A DNA stretch of 22,837 bases from PVC group bacterium. Its GTDB lineage: Bacteria; Auribacterota; Erginobacteria; Erginobacterales; Erginobacteraceae. Both the position numbers and the translations under genes were made by a program. This document shows positions 1 to 7,419 of this stretch, piece after piece; the stretch's first letter is position 1; the number at the start of each line of letters is the position of its first letter. Location: the NCBI GenBank assembly GCA_043804695.1, contig JAZDIV010000070.1:1-22837 (forward strand). Reading direction: 5' to 3'. The notes beneath the pieces are model-generated. The model was not told where the DNA came from, did no database searches, and saw nothing but the letters and a program-made list of their open reading frames with translations.

Positions 1-1
1 G

Positions 2-901
2 GCGGCCGGGATGGTGCGGGAGACCTCCGACCTCTTCCGTCTCGGGGACGAAACCTATGATCTCCGCTATGCCGCACTTACCGATCATCTGCAAGAGGTC
101 GTCCGGTGTTTCGACGCCGTCATCCATACCGCCGCCCGATCCAGCGACTGGGGAGACTACGATAGTTTTTACCGGGCCAACGTGGAGGGGACGGTCAACC
201 TGCTCCGGGCTTCAGTCGCGGGGGGTGTTCGGCGGTTCATCCACTTCAGCTCCACCGTCATCTACGGCTTCGGAGGGAATCGCCTGACCGGCGAGGATCA
301 TCCCCCGGCGCCGTTCAACCATCCCTATTGTCTGACCAAGGCGGAAGCGGAAGAAGAATGCCTCCGCTTCCGGGACCGGATTCATCTGGTTATCCTCCGG
401 CCGTCCAATGTCTTCGGCCCCAGCGACCTGACCACTACCTACCCGTTGCTTACCGCCCTGCGCAAAGGCATGCCTGCCTTCCCGGCCGGGGGCAGATATC
501 TCACCTCTCCCTGCTATGTCGACAACCTAGTCGCCGCGACCGTGCTGGCTCTCGGTGCCGGATGCCCATCCGGAGAGGCGTTCAATATCTCCGACGGCGG
601 CGATTTGACCTGGAAGGAATTCCTGGGCCTCTTCGCAGCGGAACTGGGGGTCAAACCTCCCCGGGTCGCCCTTCCGACTGGACTGCTTTTTCCGGCGGCG
701 GCCTTGCTTGAAAAGCTGTATGTGTGCTGCGGCTCCTCCCGCCCGCCGCTCATCACCCCCTACCGGATCGCCCAAGTGGCGGCTGATTACAGCTTCAGTA
801 TTGAGAAAGCACGGAAGATGCTGGGGTATCAGCCGCCGGTTACGACGGAGGAGGGGGTGAGGCGGAGTGTTGAGTGGTACGGGGCATACAGTGATCGGTA
901 A
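2..901 (+). CDS. NAD-dependent epimerase/dehydratase (extended SDR, 3-beta-HSD-like), 5'-truncated by window edge
   Basis: Motifs HTAA, NVEGT, HFSS, catalytic YCLTK (YxxxK), LRPSNVFGP, AFNISD, ARKMLGY. The N-terminal GxxGxxG is absent and the frame is open back to base 2, so the gene starts upstream of the window. Confidence 0.9.
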   Translation, partial: AAGMVRETSDLFRLGDETYDLRYAALTDHLQEVVRCFDAVIHTAARSSDWGDYDSFYRANVEGTVNLLRASVAGGVRRFIHFSSTVIYGFGGNRLTGEDHPPAPFNHPYCLTKAEAEEECLRFRDRIHLVILRPSNVFGPSDLTTTYPLLTALRKGMPAFPAGGRYLTSPCYVDNLVAATVLALGAGCPSGEAFNISDGGDLTWKEFLGLFAAELGVKPPRVALPTGLLFPAAALLEKLYVCCGSSRPPLITPYRIAQVAADYSFSIEKARKMLGYQPPVTTEEGVRRSVEWYGAYSDR

Positions 902-981
902 ACAGTAATCAGTAATCGGAGATCGGTAATCAGTGGTACTTCGCCGCGCCGGGGTCTGCTGATCACCGATTACTGATTACT
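894..981. repeat. Inverted pair of 7-bp tandem-repeat arms (ATCRGTA)n / (TACYGAT)n between convergent genes
   Basis: atcggta aacagta atcagta atcggag atcggta atcagtg (894-935), then tgctgat caccgat tactgat tact (957-981). It can fold into a stem-loop. Confidence 0.8.
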
Positions 982-990
982 TTTCCTTTC

Positions 991-1266
991 TCACTCTCCC
1001 CAGCAGACACTGAGCGGTCCGCTGCCAAAGCAGAACCAGGGATTTCTCCACCACCGGTAACTGGGATAGTAGTAAGGATATGGTCTGGGGGGGCCCCAGC
1101 AGTTCCAGTAGGGTCGAGGCGGTGGACACGGCCGGGGAGGGGGACAACGGTACTGCGGATAGTTGCAGTAGGTACGGGATCCCCCTGAGTAATGTCCGCC
1201 CCGCGCCAGCGCGGTTCCCGTCGCGATGAAAGACAAAACTATGATTCCCACGATCAGCTTTTTCAT
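991..1266 (-). CDS. Small secreted Pro/Cys/Tyr/Trp-rich hypothetical protein (91 aa)
   Basis: Strong SD (AGGAGGGAGGAGAG) directly before ATG at 1266. Signal peptide MKKLIVGIIVLSFIATGTALA. The mature part has PPPRP repeats and 6 Cys. Confidence 0.75.
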   Translation of the reverse strand: MKKLIVGIIVLSFIATGTALARGGHYSGGSRTYCNYPQYRCPPPRPCPPPRPYWNCWGPPRPYPYYYPSYRWWRNPWFCFGSGPLSVCWGE

Positions 1267-1280
1267 CTCTCCTCCCTCCT

Positions 1281-1320
1281 TTTTGCCACTAAGGCACCAA
1301 GACACCAAGGAAAATAAAAA
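1281..1320 (+). repeat. Left arm of 9-bp repeat family (CACCAAGA-like)
   Basis: ttttgccactaaggcaccaagacaccaaggaaaataaaaa; an inverted counterpart lies at 1717-1759. Confidence 0.75.
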
Positions 1321-1505
1321 GGCAGATGTTTTATCCTTCTTTATTTTGTCTTATGCCGTTTGTTTTGTTGATTGCGTTGGGATTTCGAATCACCAACTTA
1401 GACGGGAGGCATCCGCGGTTATTCAATAGAAAAGGGGAATCTATTCAAATGCCCCTCTTTCCCTAAACCAATGGTCAGATTCTTACGATTTATAGATAAT
1501 AAAAG

Positions 1506-1541
1506 ATGAGGAGCGCCGAACATCGGCGCTCCTCATTTTTT
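1506..1541. terminator. Intrinsic terminator downstream of tRNA-Leu (probably bidirectional)
   Basis: 14-bp stem atgaggagcgccga-aca-tcggcgctcctcat, with an A-tract before and a T-tract after. Confidence 0.8.
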
Positions 1542-1545
1542 ATTA

Positions 1546-1631
1546 TGCCGGAGGTGGGACTCGAACCCACACGAGGTGTAAGCCTCACGGGATTTTGAGT
1601 CCCGCGTGTCTGCCAGTTTCACCACTCCGGC
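1546..1631 (-). tRNA. tRNA-Leu (anticodon CAA), CCA not encoded
   Basis: Reverse complement GCCGGAGTGGTGAAACTGGCAGACACGCGGGACTCAAAATCCCGTGAGGCTTACACCTCGTGTGGGTTCGAGTCCCACCTCCGGCA. Acceptor stem GCCGGAG/CTCCGGC, anticodon arm CGGGA-CTCAAAA-TCCCG, long variable arm, TTCGA T-loop, discriminator A followed by TAA. Confidence 0.97.
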
Positions 1632-1632
1632 T

Positions 1633-1679
1633 TATTTTTCTTCGCCCTTCTTTCCGGGAAAGAAGGGCGAAGAAAAATA
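1633..1679. repeat. Perfect 23-bp inverted repeat directly upstream of the tRNA 5' end
   Basis: tatttttcttcgcccttctttcc-g-ggaaagaagggcgaagaaaaata. Confidence 0.9.
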
Positions 1680-1716
1680 GTATAAAAGCATACAAACATG
1701 AAAAGGGAAAAATAGC

Positions 1717-1759
1717 TTTTTTAGTTTTTCTTGGTGTCTTCGTGTCTTGGTGGCGAAAA
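1717..1759 (-). repeat. Right (inverted) arm of the CACCAAGA-like repeat family
   Basis: Reverse complement ttttcgccaccaagacacgaagacaccaagaaaaactaaaaaa closely matches 1281-1320. Confidence 0.75.
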
Positions 1760-1775
1760 TAGGGCCGCAGCGGAA

Positions 1776-2147
1776 TTAATTTGTAAAGCTGCTGATGGCG
1801 ACTTCCCGGTCTTCGAAGGTCTCGAAGAGGTTGAGGAATCCGCTCACCTCGAAGACCTCCCGGGGCTCGCTTCCCAGACGAAGAAGTTTCACGTTTCCGC
1901 CGCCGGCCCGGGCTTTTTTCTGGATTTTTAGAAGCGCCGCCAGGGTGGAGCTATCGAGGTACTTCAGGTTTTCCATGTCGAGCAGGATGTTCGTCTGTCC
2001 CCGGGCCAGGTAGGCCTCCATGATTTTCCCCAGCTCCCCGGATGTATAGACATCGGCCTGTCCGCTGACGGTTACAACGACTACGCCGTTTTCTTCCGCC
2101 AGTTCGCAGGTCAGCTTCCCGATCATGCCGATAAATTCTCGTTTCAT
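1776..2147 (-). CDS. STAS-domain anti-sigma factor antagonist (SpoIIAA/RsbV family)
   Basis: VVTVSGQADVYTS...ILLDMENLKYLDSSTLAALL...GGNVKL...VFEVSGF, with the phospho-acceptor D-S-S motif. Alternative start at ATG 2126. Confidence 0.9.
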   Translation of the reverse strand: MKREFIGMIGKLTCELAEENGVVVVTVSGQADVYTSGELGKIMEAYLARGQTNILLDMENLKYLDSSTLAALLKIQKKARAGGGNVKLLRLGSEPREVFEVSGFLNLFETFEDREVAISSFTN

Positions 2148-2200
2148 GATAATTTTTCTCCGAAAAATTATGTTGAATGTTCGGTTTTCCCAGCGAAGCC

Positions 2201-2303
2201 AACTTTAGGCACTTCAAACTTTAGGCACTTTAGGCACTTCTTTTGTTCGACGTTGAACGTTCATTTTTTTTGCCACTGCCCACTGCCTACTCCCCACTGC
2301 CTA
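2201..2303. repeat. Mosaic of three short tandem-repeat families
   Basis: (ACTTTAGGC)x3 at 2202-2239, GTTCGAC/GTTGAAC heptamers at ~2245-2263, and (CCACTGC/CTACTGC) heptamers at ~2273-2303. Confidence 0.75.
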
Positions 2304-3569
2304 TTTCAGCAATTCCCGGCAGATTCCCTGATAGCCGAGAAGGATCTCCTTCAGGTCATCAATCGCTACCGATTCGTTAACCGTGTGAGCCTGATCCTCG
2401 TTTCCCGGGCCGTAACCGATGATGGAGGGATTTTTACCGGGGAAGAGCTGGCGATAGGGGATGACCGCGCTCCCGTCGGTGCAGAACGAGTAATGGCCCA
2501 GTTCCGGCCGTTTCCCGAGGGCATTCTCCACCCCCCGGAGAGCCTTTTGCACCAGGTCACTTTCCGGTTCGGTCTTCCAGGCGGGGGCGAACTTATCCTG
2601 CTTGATGGCGACCCCGGTCCAGGTCCGGGCTTCCTCGGAGGCGAACTCGATAGCGGGATCCCGGAATTTAGGGTAGTGATTCCGGCCGTTCATGACCACG
2701 GACTCTATATTGCTCCGGACCAGCCCCAGGACCGACTCCCGGGTGTCCTCCACCAGGGTTCGGATATCGTAGGTTATCTCCACCTGCTTGGGCACGGTGG
2801 AGTTCCCGCCCCGGCCGTCCAGGCCGCCGCCCCCGCCGACCGGGATCTTGATGTCCGTGGGGACGATGTTTCTCTTCCCGAGAACCTGGTCCACATCGGA
2901 CCGGTACCAGCGGTGAAAGGCGTCGATGATGTACGCGCTCTGTTCAATCGCGTTAATCACCTTCCTCCCGGTGGAGGCGTGCTGTGCCTCACCGAAGGAG
3001 GTGATGGCAATCTCCGCCCGGCCCCGCTGGCCGATGCTGATCGCCCCTCCCGATGCCTCCCCGACGATGATGTAATCGGGATGGATCAGCTTCAGGGCCT
3101 CGAGGAAGCAGACTCCCTCGAAGAGTTCCTCCACCACCGTCCCCACCACCACGATCCTGCCGCTGTATCCCCCGGGCTCGCGCAGAACCGCGCCCGCCGC
3201 GGAGAGCATGCAGACCAGGGCGGACTTCATGTCCGCTGCGCCCCGGCCGAAGAGACGTCCATCCCGGATTGCCCCCGTCCAGGGACGGGTCTCCGGCGCC
3301 CAGCTGGCCGGGTCGGCATTGATGGTGTCGGTATGTCCGGTCAGGACAATGACCGGACCCTCGCCCGAGCCGATAATTCCTTCCACGATCAGGTTGCCCA
3401 TCCGGTCGGTCCCGATCCGGTTGAAACCGAGCCGTGAGGCCACCCGCATCAGGTATTTCACCGCCTGTTCTTCCCGGCCGGAGAGGCTGTGGATGCTGAT
3501 CAGCTCCTGGATGGTGCTCAGGACCTTGCCGAAAATGCGTTGGTCGACGATTGCCTTCGATGTGATCAT
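2301..3569 (-). CDS. M20 family metallopeptidase/amidohydrolase (ArgE/DapE group, YgeY-like)
   Basis: Motifs GHTDT, GRGAADMK, VVEELFEG, GE, HAS, YSFCTDGS, GYGPG, AHTVNE. Start re-assigned to ATG 3569 (AAGGA SD), because the upstream ORF extension is translated repeat DNA. Confidence 0.9.
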   Translation of the reverse strand: MITSKAIVDQRIFGKVLSTIQELISIHSLSGREEQAVKYLMRVASRLGFNRIGTDRMGNLIVEGIIGSGEGPVIVLTGHTDTINADPASWAPETRPWTGAIRDGRLFGRGAADMKSALVCMLSAAGAVLREPGGYSGRIVVVGTVVEELFEGVCFLEALKLIHPDYIIVGEASGGAISIGQRGRAEIAITSFGEAQHASTGRKVINAIEQSAYIIDAFHRWYRSDVDQVLGKRNIVPTDIKIPVGGGGGLDGRGGNSTVPKQVEITYDIRTLVEDTRESVLGLVRSNIESVVMNGRNHYPKFRDPAIEFASEEARTWTGVAIKQDKFAPAWKTEPESDLVQKALRGVENALGKRPELGHYSFCTDGSAVIPYRQLFPGKNPSIIGYGPGNEDQAHTVNESVAIDDLKEILLGYQGICRELLK

Positions 3570-3592
3570 CAGATAATTCCTTTTTAAAATAT

Positions 3593-3635
3593 TGATGGAG
3601 TAATGGAGTATTGGAATGATGGAGAGATGGAATGA
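3593..3635 (+). repeat. 8-bp tandem-repeat arm (TRATGGAG)n
   Basis: tgatggag taatggag tattggaa tgatggag agatggaa; same family as 14384-14465. Confidence 0.75.
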
Positions 3636-3764
3636 CACCCGGCCCGGGATACCAACACTCAAGAACAAATTCTGCGAAATAAGAAGTTAAGTATTCATGT
3701 TCTGGATTACTTCTATAGTACGCAACCAGTTTATTCAATGATATTTATTTTAGATGCTCATTCC

Positions 3765-3793
3765 TTGACATCGGGTACTTGAGCCGTTAGTCT
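3765..3793 (+). promoter_or_regulatory. Putative sigma70 promoter for the DHH-like gene
   Basis: TTGACA-17 nt-TAGTCT. Confidence 0.6.
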
Positions 3794-3879
3794 GTTATGA
3801 GAGTCCGCATAATTAAAATATTCAGCTCCGGTGGAGCGGGATATAAATTTGCGCGGCAAATTTATATGGAGGAAATCGT

Positions 3880-6800
3880 ATGAGAAAGAAGATATTCATC
3901 ATCCACGGAAAGGGTGTCAACCGGGGGATCGGTAAAGAGGGCGGCGGCGATCTTGACACCGTCTCTTCCAGCGCTTTCTACATGGTCTGGGCGCAAAACG
4001 CGCTCAAGGAGGAGCTGGGAAGGGACCCGGTTTACGGTCAGGATTTCGAGTTTGATTTTATCAATTACTCCGAGGGAATCAGTCACCTGGCGGTGCACTC
4101 CGGGTGCGATATCTATCTCCCCGATTTCCCGATCGACGCTCTCACCACCCGGATGAAGATGCTGGTCATGGAAGAGGAAGAATCGATCGATCTTATCAAC
4201 CGGTTCACGCGGGAGATCAACGACTTCAAGCTCTGGATCATCCGGAATGCCGACCGGGTCGGCGACGACCTGAAAAACATCTTCAACAACACCTTCAAGC
4301 AGATCCCCAAGGTTCTGGAGCATCAGGAACGGGCCGCCCTTCTCGCCGCCCTCGATATCCTGAAGGTAATCCGCCACGTCACGGCACTCGAAGTCGACTG
4401 TTCGGATGGTGCGGACCAGGAGACTGCAACCTTTTTGGCCGGGTATCTGAAAGGAATGGTCACGAACCTGACCGGGAATAAGCTGAGGGGTTTGAAGGAC
4501 TCTCTGAAGGGACCTTTGAGCAACTCGTCCAAGGAGAACATGGTCGACCGCCTGGTCAAGAAAGGGAACGAGCGCGCGGCCATTATCGCTTTCGATGAGG
4601 CCATCAAGCGGGACATGTCCACCAACGGACGGGTCAACTACACCGATGAGCTCATCATCGTGATGGTGGAGATGGCCGCTTACCTGATCCGGGGGATGAA
4701 ACAGCTTCGCGACCTGCCCTGGGACGACAAGCAGAAAGAGGCCTACGCCCATAATCTCCGGGCGGTCGGGGATGACCTGAAACGGCATCTCCGGGTCATG
4801 ATCGCTCTCTCCGGAGCCCTTCCCTCCTCGGCATCGGAAGATCTGAAAAGGATAATCGCGGGGATCGACGAAGCCCTGAACGGCACCCTGCAGATCATCA
4901 GCGATATCGGGGAGTATGTCCCGCCTCCCGGAGCCCTGGAGAAGGATTACACCATCCGGGTTATGCTGACCGAGGACGCGACCGGGAAGGCGGTTCCCGG
5001 GATCGAGGTCGTGGTCAAACGGCTGGAGGGATCCGGGTCGTTCCTTCTCCCCGACGGATCAACCCGCTCGGAAGATGCCGTCCTCATCCCGACCGACGAA
5101 CGGGGGGCGGTGCTGGTGAAATATATTCCCTCTGCTCCGGACGAGAAGTACCGTTTCTCGATCACCTTTGACGACCTCCAGGAGATATTCCTCCCTTCGG
5201 ATGCCCCGCCCCCCGACACGGAAGTGGCGGAGATGTTCGATGAGGTCGGATCCGAGATATCCGAGGAGGAGTTCGAGGAGAAGGAAGACGCCGCGATCGG
5301 GGACGACCGGGCGATGAAGGTCTCCCTGACAGTTATCGAACGGCAGTTCCGGGAACTCCAGGAAAAGGATGTCCGGTTTGAGAGCATCGACGACCACCAC
5401 CCGTACACGCAGGAGATATTTGATCTCCTGAAAAAACTGGAGAGCGAGGGGATTATCAAGAACATCCAGATCCAGAGCCTCCCCCGGGGACAGGAATTGC
5501 CGATTGAAGAGCAGACCTGCGGTTCGGCCCTGGTCTACAAGGACCGGGTCGAAGGCAAGCCCTGGGACAACCCGGGCCTGGCGGAGCTCAGGCGGATCGC
5601 CCTTCTCCAGGATCTTCACATCGAGATGGAGCCGCTGGCGCTTGAACTCTCCAAGCTGATCGGCTCCAAGTTCAGCAAGGTGGAGATGGCGACCGGTCTG
5701 GCGGAGGGGATCAAGGACTATGAGAGCATGCGCAATATCATGCAGGCGGCCGGCTGGGATAAGAAGGTCGCGGAATATGAAGCCGGGCTGGAAAAGGTTC
5801 TCCCCCGGACCGAGCAGGTACTGGGAAGAATCGACTTTCACAAGCCGGATAGTAAAGACGCCCGGGTTCGGATCATGGCAGCGGTCTCCCCATTCTGTGA
5901 CGCGAAGAAGGGAGAGGTCCAGGTCAATGTCGCCTCGGCCATAGGGTACTGGATGGGGAGGAAGGGATATCCCGCCGACTACATCTTCTACTGTTACGGC
6001 TCCCATCTGATGACGACCCGGAAGCCGAACGAAGAGGAGACGTCTCTCAACCTGAGCACGGTCTGTCAGGCGATGGGGACCAAAGCCGACGGCGGCCACT
6101 CCGGCGCCGCCACCTGCAAGCCGGTCTCCAACCCCAGCTTCCCGACCGCGCGGCTGGATAAGGTGCGGGACACCAACTTCCTGGAATACCTGGAATACCT
6201 GGGCAAGGTGGTTTCGGACTTCTCGGGATTGGTGTACGAAGGCGTCTCCGAGGTACTGGTGCCGGAGTACATCGAGCCGATCGAGAAGGCGCTGAAGCAC
6301 GTGGGGGAGAACACGTTCGAGATCAAGCTCCGGAAAAAGAATGATCCCAACGACACCCTCCGGGTTCTTTTTACCCGGGCACCGAAAGTAAACAAGAAGG
6401 CCGGCGAGGAGAAGCCGTCGTTTCTCCAGGTCATCAACTGCCTGAAACGGACCCAGCAGTTCGATTATCTGATATTTTCACAGGGGATGATGTACCGGGT
6501 AATCCTGGCCAATACCGGCGATCCGGGAAATCGCCTCAACCTCCCGTCCCTGGCCCGGGTCATCGGGTGGAGCGAGGACGGCGGTGGGGAAGTCCTGGCG
6601 GTGGCCGACATCAAGAAAAATCCGAAGGTCAAAAAACGTCTCCGCCAGCTCCTTCACCCGCACATGGTCCTCCTGGCCGATATGCTGGCCGGCTTCATCG
6701 AGGATGGGAGCGATTATCAGGTGGTCTCCGTCCAGCCGGTCTTCTTCGACGGGGCCGTGGACCGGGCCGCGGATGTGTGCCGGCGGATGGACGGCAACAC

Positions 6801-7254
6801 CTACGTCGTCGACCTCACCTCCCCGGGCGGCGGGGGCAAAGCGCCGAAGCTGCGCCTGGTCGCCACGCTCTCTCCTCCAGTTGACCGGAAGAGGGGGGAG
6901 TTCGACCCCTCTCTTCCGCTCACCGCGGCCCATTTCAAGGACCTCAGTCCCAACTACCTGATCTACAGCGAGGAAGAGGTGAGTTTCCCGCGGGAGGACC
7001 AGATCACGGTCCTGATGAGGGTCGATGATCCCTCCGGATCGATCGACTGCTCGCAGGCCATGGCGGCGGTGGCCGGAAAGCAGTTTATCGGGAATGACCG
7101 GGTGGCGGAGTGCATGCCCCGGTTTTTAAAAGGCCCGCCGGTGAACAAGATCGCGTCCAACAACTACCGGGAGTATCTGGAGTTCATCATCCCGAAGATG
7201 GCCGGGGCGGCCGGATATACGGTTGATAGTTTTCGAGCTTTGAGCGAGATATAA
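3880..7254 (+). CDS. Large DHH/DHHA1-superfamily phosphoesterase-like protein (1124 aa) with helical and Ig-like insert and three C-terminal DHHA1-like repeats
   Basis: SD GGAGG. Motif I-like IFIIHG...DLDTVSS (aa 5-30), motif II-like DIYLPDFP (aa 77-84), IDDHH (aa 503-507), CGSALVY, QDL, and DHHA1-type GGHSGAA (aa 738-744). Confidence 0.7.
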   Translation: MRKKIFIIHGKGVNRGIGKEGGGDLDTVSSSAFYMVWAQNALKEELGRDPVYGQDFEFDFINYSEGISHLAVHSGCDIYLPDFPIDALTTRMKMLVMEEEESIDLINRFTREINDFKLWIIRNADRVGDDLKNIFNNTFKQIPKVLEHQERAALLAALDILKVIRHVTALEVDCSDGADQETATFLAGYLKGMVTNLTGNKLRGLKDSLKGPLSNSSKENMVDRLVKKGNERAAIIAFDEAIKRDMSTNGRVNYTDELIIVMVEMAAYLIRGMKQLRDLPWDDKQKEAYAHNLRAVGDDLKRHLRVMIALSGALPSSASEDLKRIIAGIDEALNGTLQIISDIGEYVPPPGALEKDYTIRVMLTEDATGKAVPGIEVVVKRLEGSGSFLLPDGSTRSEDAVLIPTDERGAVLVKYIPSAPDEKYRFSITFDDLQEIFLPSDAPPPDTEVAEMFDEVGSEISEEEFEEKEDAAIGDDRAMKVSLTVIERQFRELQEKDVRFESIDDHHPYTQEIFDLLKKLESEGIIKNIQIQSLPRGQELPIEEQTCGSALVYKDRVEGKPWDNPGLAELRRIALLQDLHIEMEPLALELSKLIGSKFSKVEMATGLAEGIKDYESMRNIMQAAGWDKKVAEYEAGLEKVLPRTEQVLGRIDFHKPDSKDARVRIMAAVSPFCDAKKGEVQVNVASAIGYWMGRKGYPADYIFYCYGSHLMTTRKPNEEETSLNLSTVCQAMGTKADGGHSGAATCKPVSNPSFPTARLDKVRDTNFLEYLEYLGKVVSDFSGLVYEGVSEVLVPEYIEPIEKALKHVGENTFEIKLRKKNDPNDTLRVLFTRAPKVNKKAGEEKPSFLQVINCLKRTQQFDYLIFSQGMMYRVILANTGDPGNRLNLPSLARVIGWSEDGGGEVLAVADIKKNPKVKKRLRQLLHPHMVLLADMLAGFIEDGSDYQVVSVQPVFFDGAVDRAADVCRRMDGNTYVVDLTSPGGGGKAPKLRLVATLSPPVDRKRGEFDPSLPLTAAHFKDLSPNYLIYSEEEVSFPREDQITVLMRVDDPSGSIDCSQAMAAVAGKQFIGNDRVAECMPRFLKGPPVNKIASNNYREYLEFIIPKMAGAAGYTVDSFRALSEI

Positions 7255-7360
7255 ACGGTCATCGGTAAACGGTTGCGCGGCTGGAATCGGTTGCGTGGGA
7301 GGGTTGCGGGTCACACGCAACCGCCCCCCGTTCAACGTTTCGAGTTGCGCAACCGCAACC
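7255..7360. repeat. GGTTGCG / CGCAACC inverted short-repeat cluster
   Basis: Three GGTTGCG copies followed by CGCAACC copies, including gcgcaaccgcaacc. Confidence 0.55.
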
Positions 7361-7419
7361 TTTTAACCCCGAAGTTGCCCGAGGTAAACCGCGGGCAAAC
7401 TTTTGCTGGGAGGGTAGCC

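Noticed and set aside
1546..1631. tRNA as an integration site for a genomic island
   Set aside because: No integrase and no duplicated tRNA 3' end were seen within the window.
2253..3437. 394-aa plus-strand ORF
   Set aside because: Antisense shadow of the M20 peptidase in GC-rich DNA; no recognisable motifs.
3862..6933. Long minus-strand ORFs (308, 413, 172, 151 aa)
   Set aside because: They fully overlap the 1124-aa gene, which has an SD, a promoter and motifs; typical antisense shadows.
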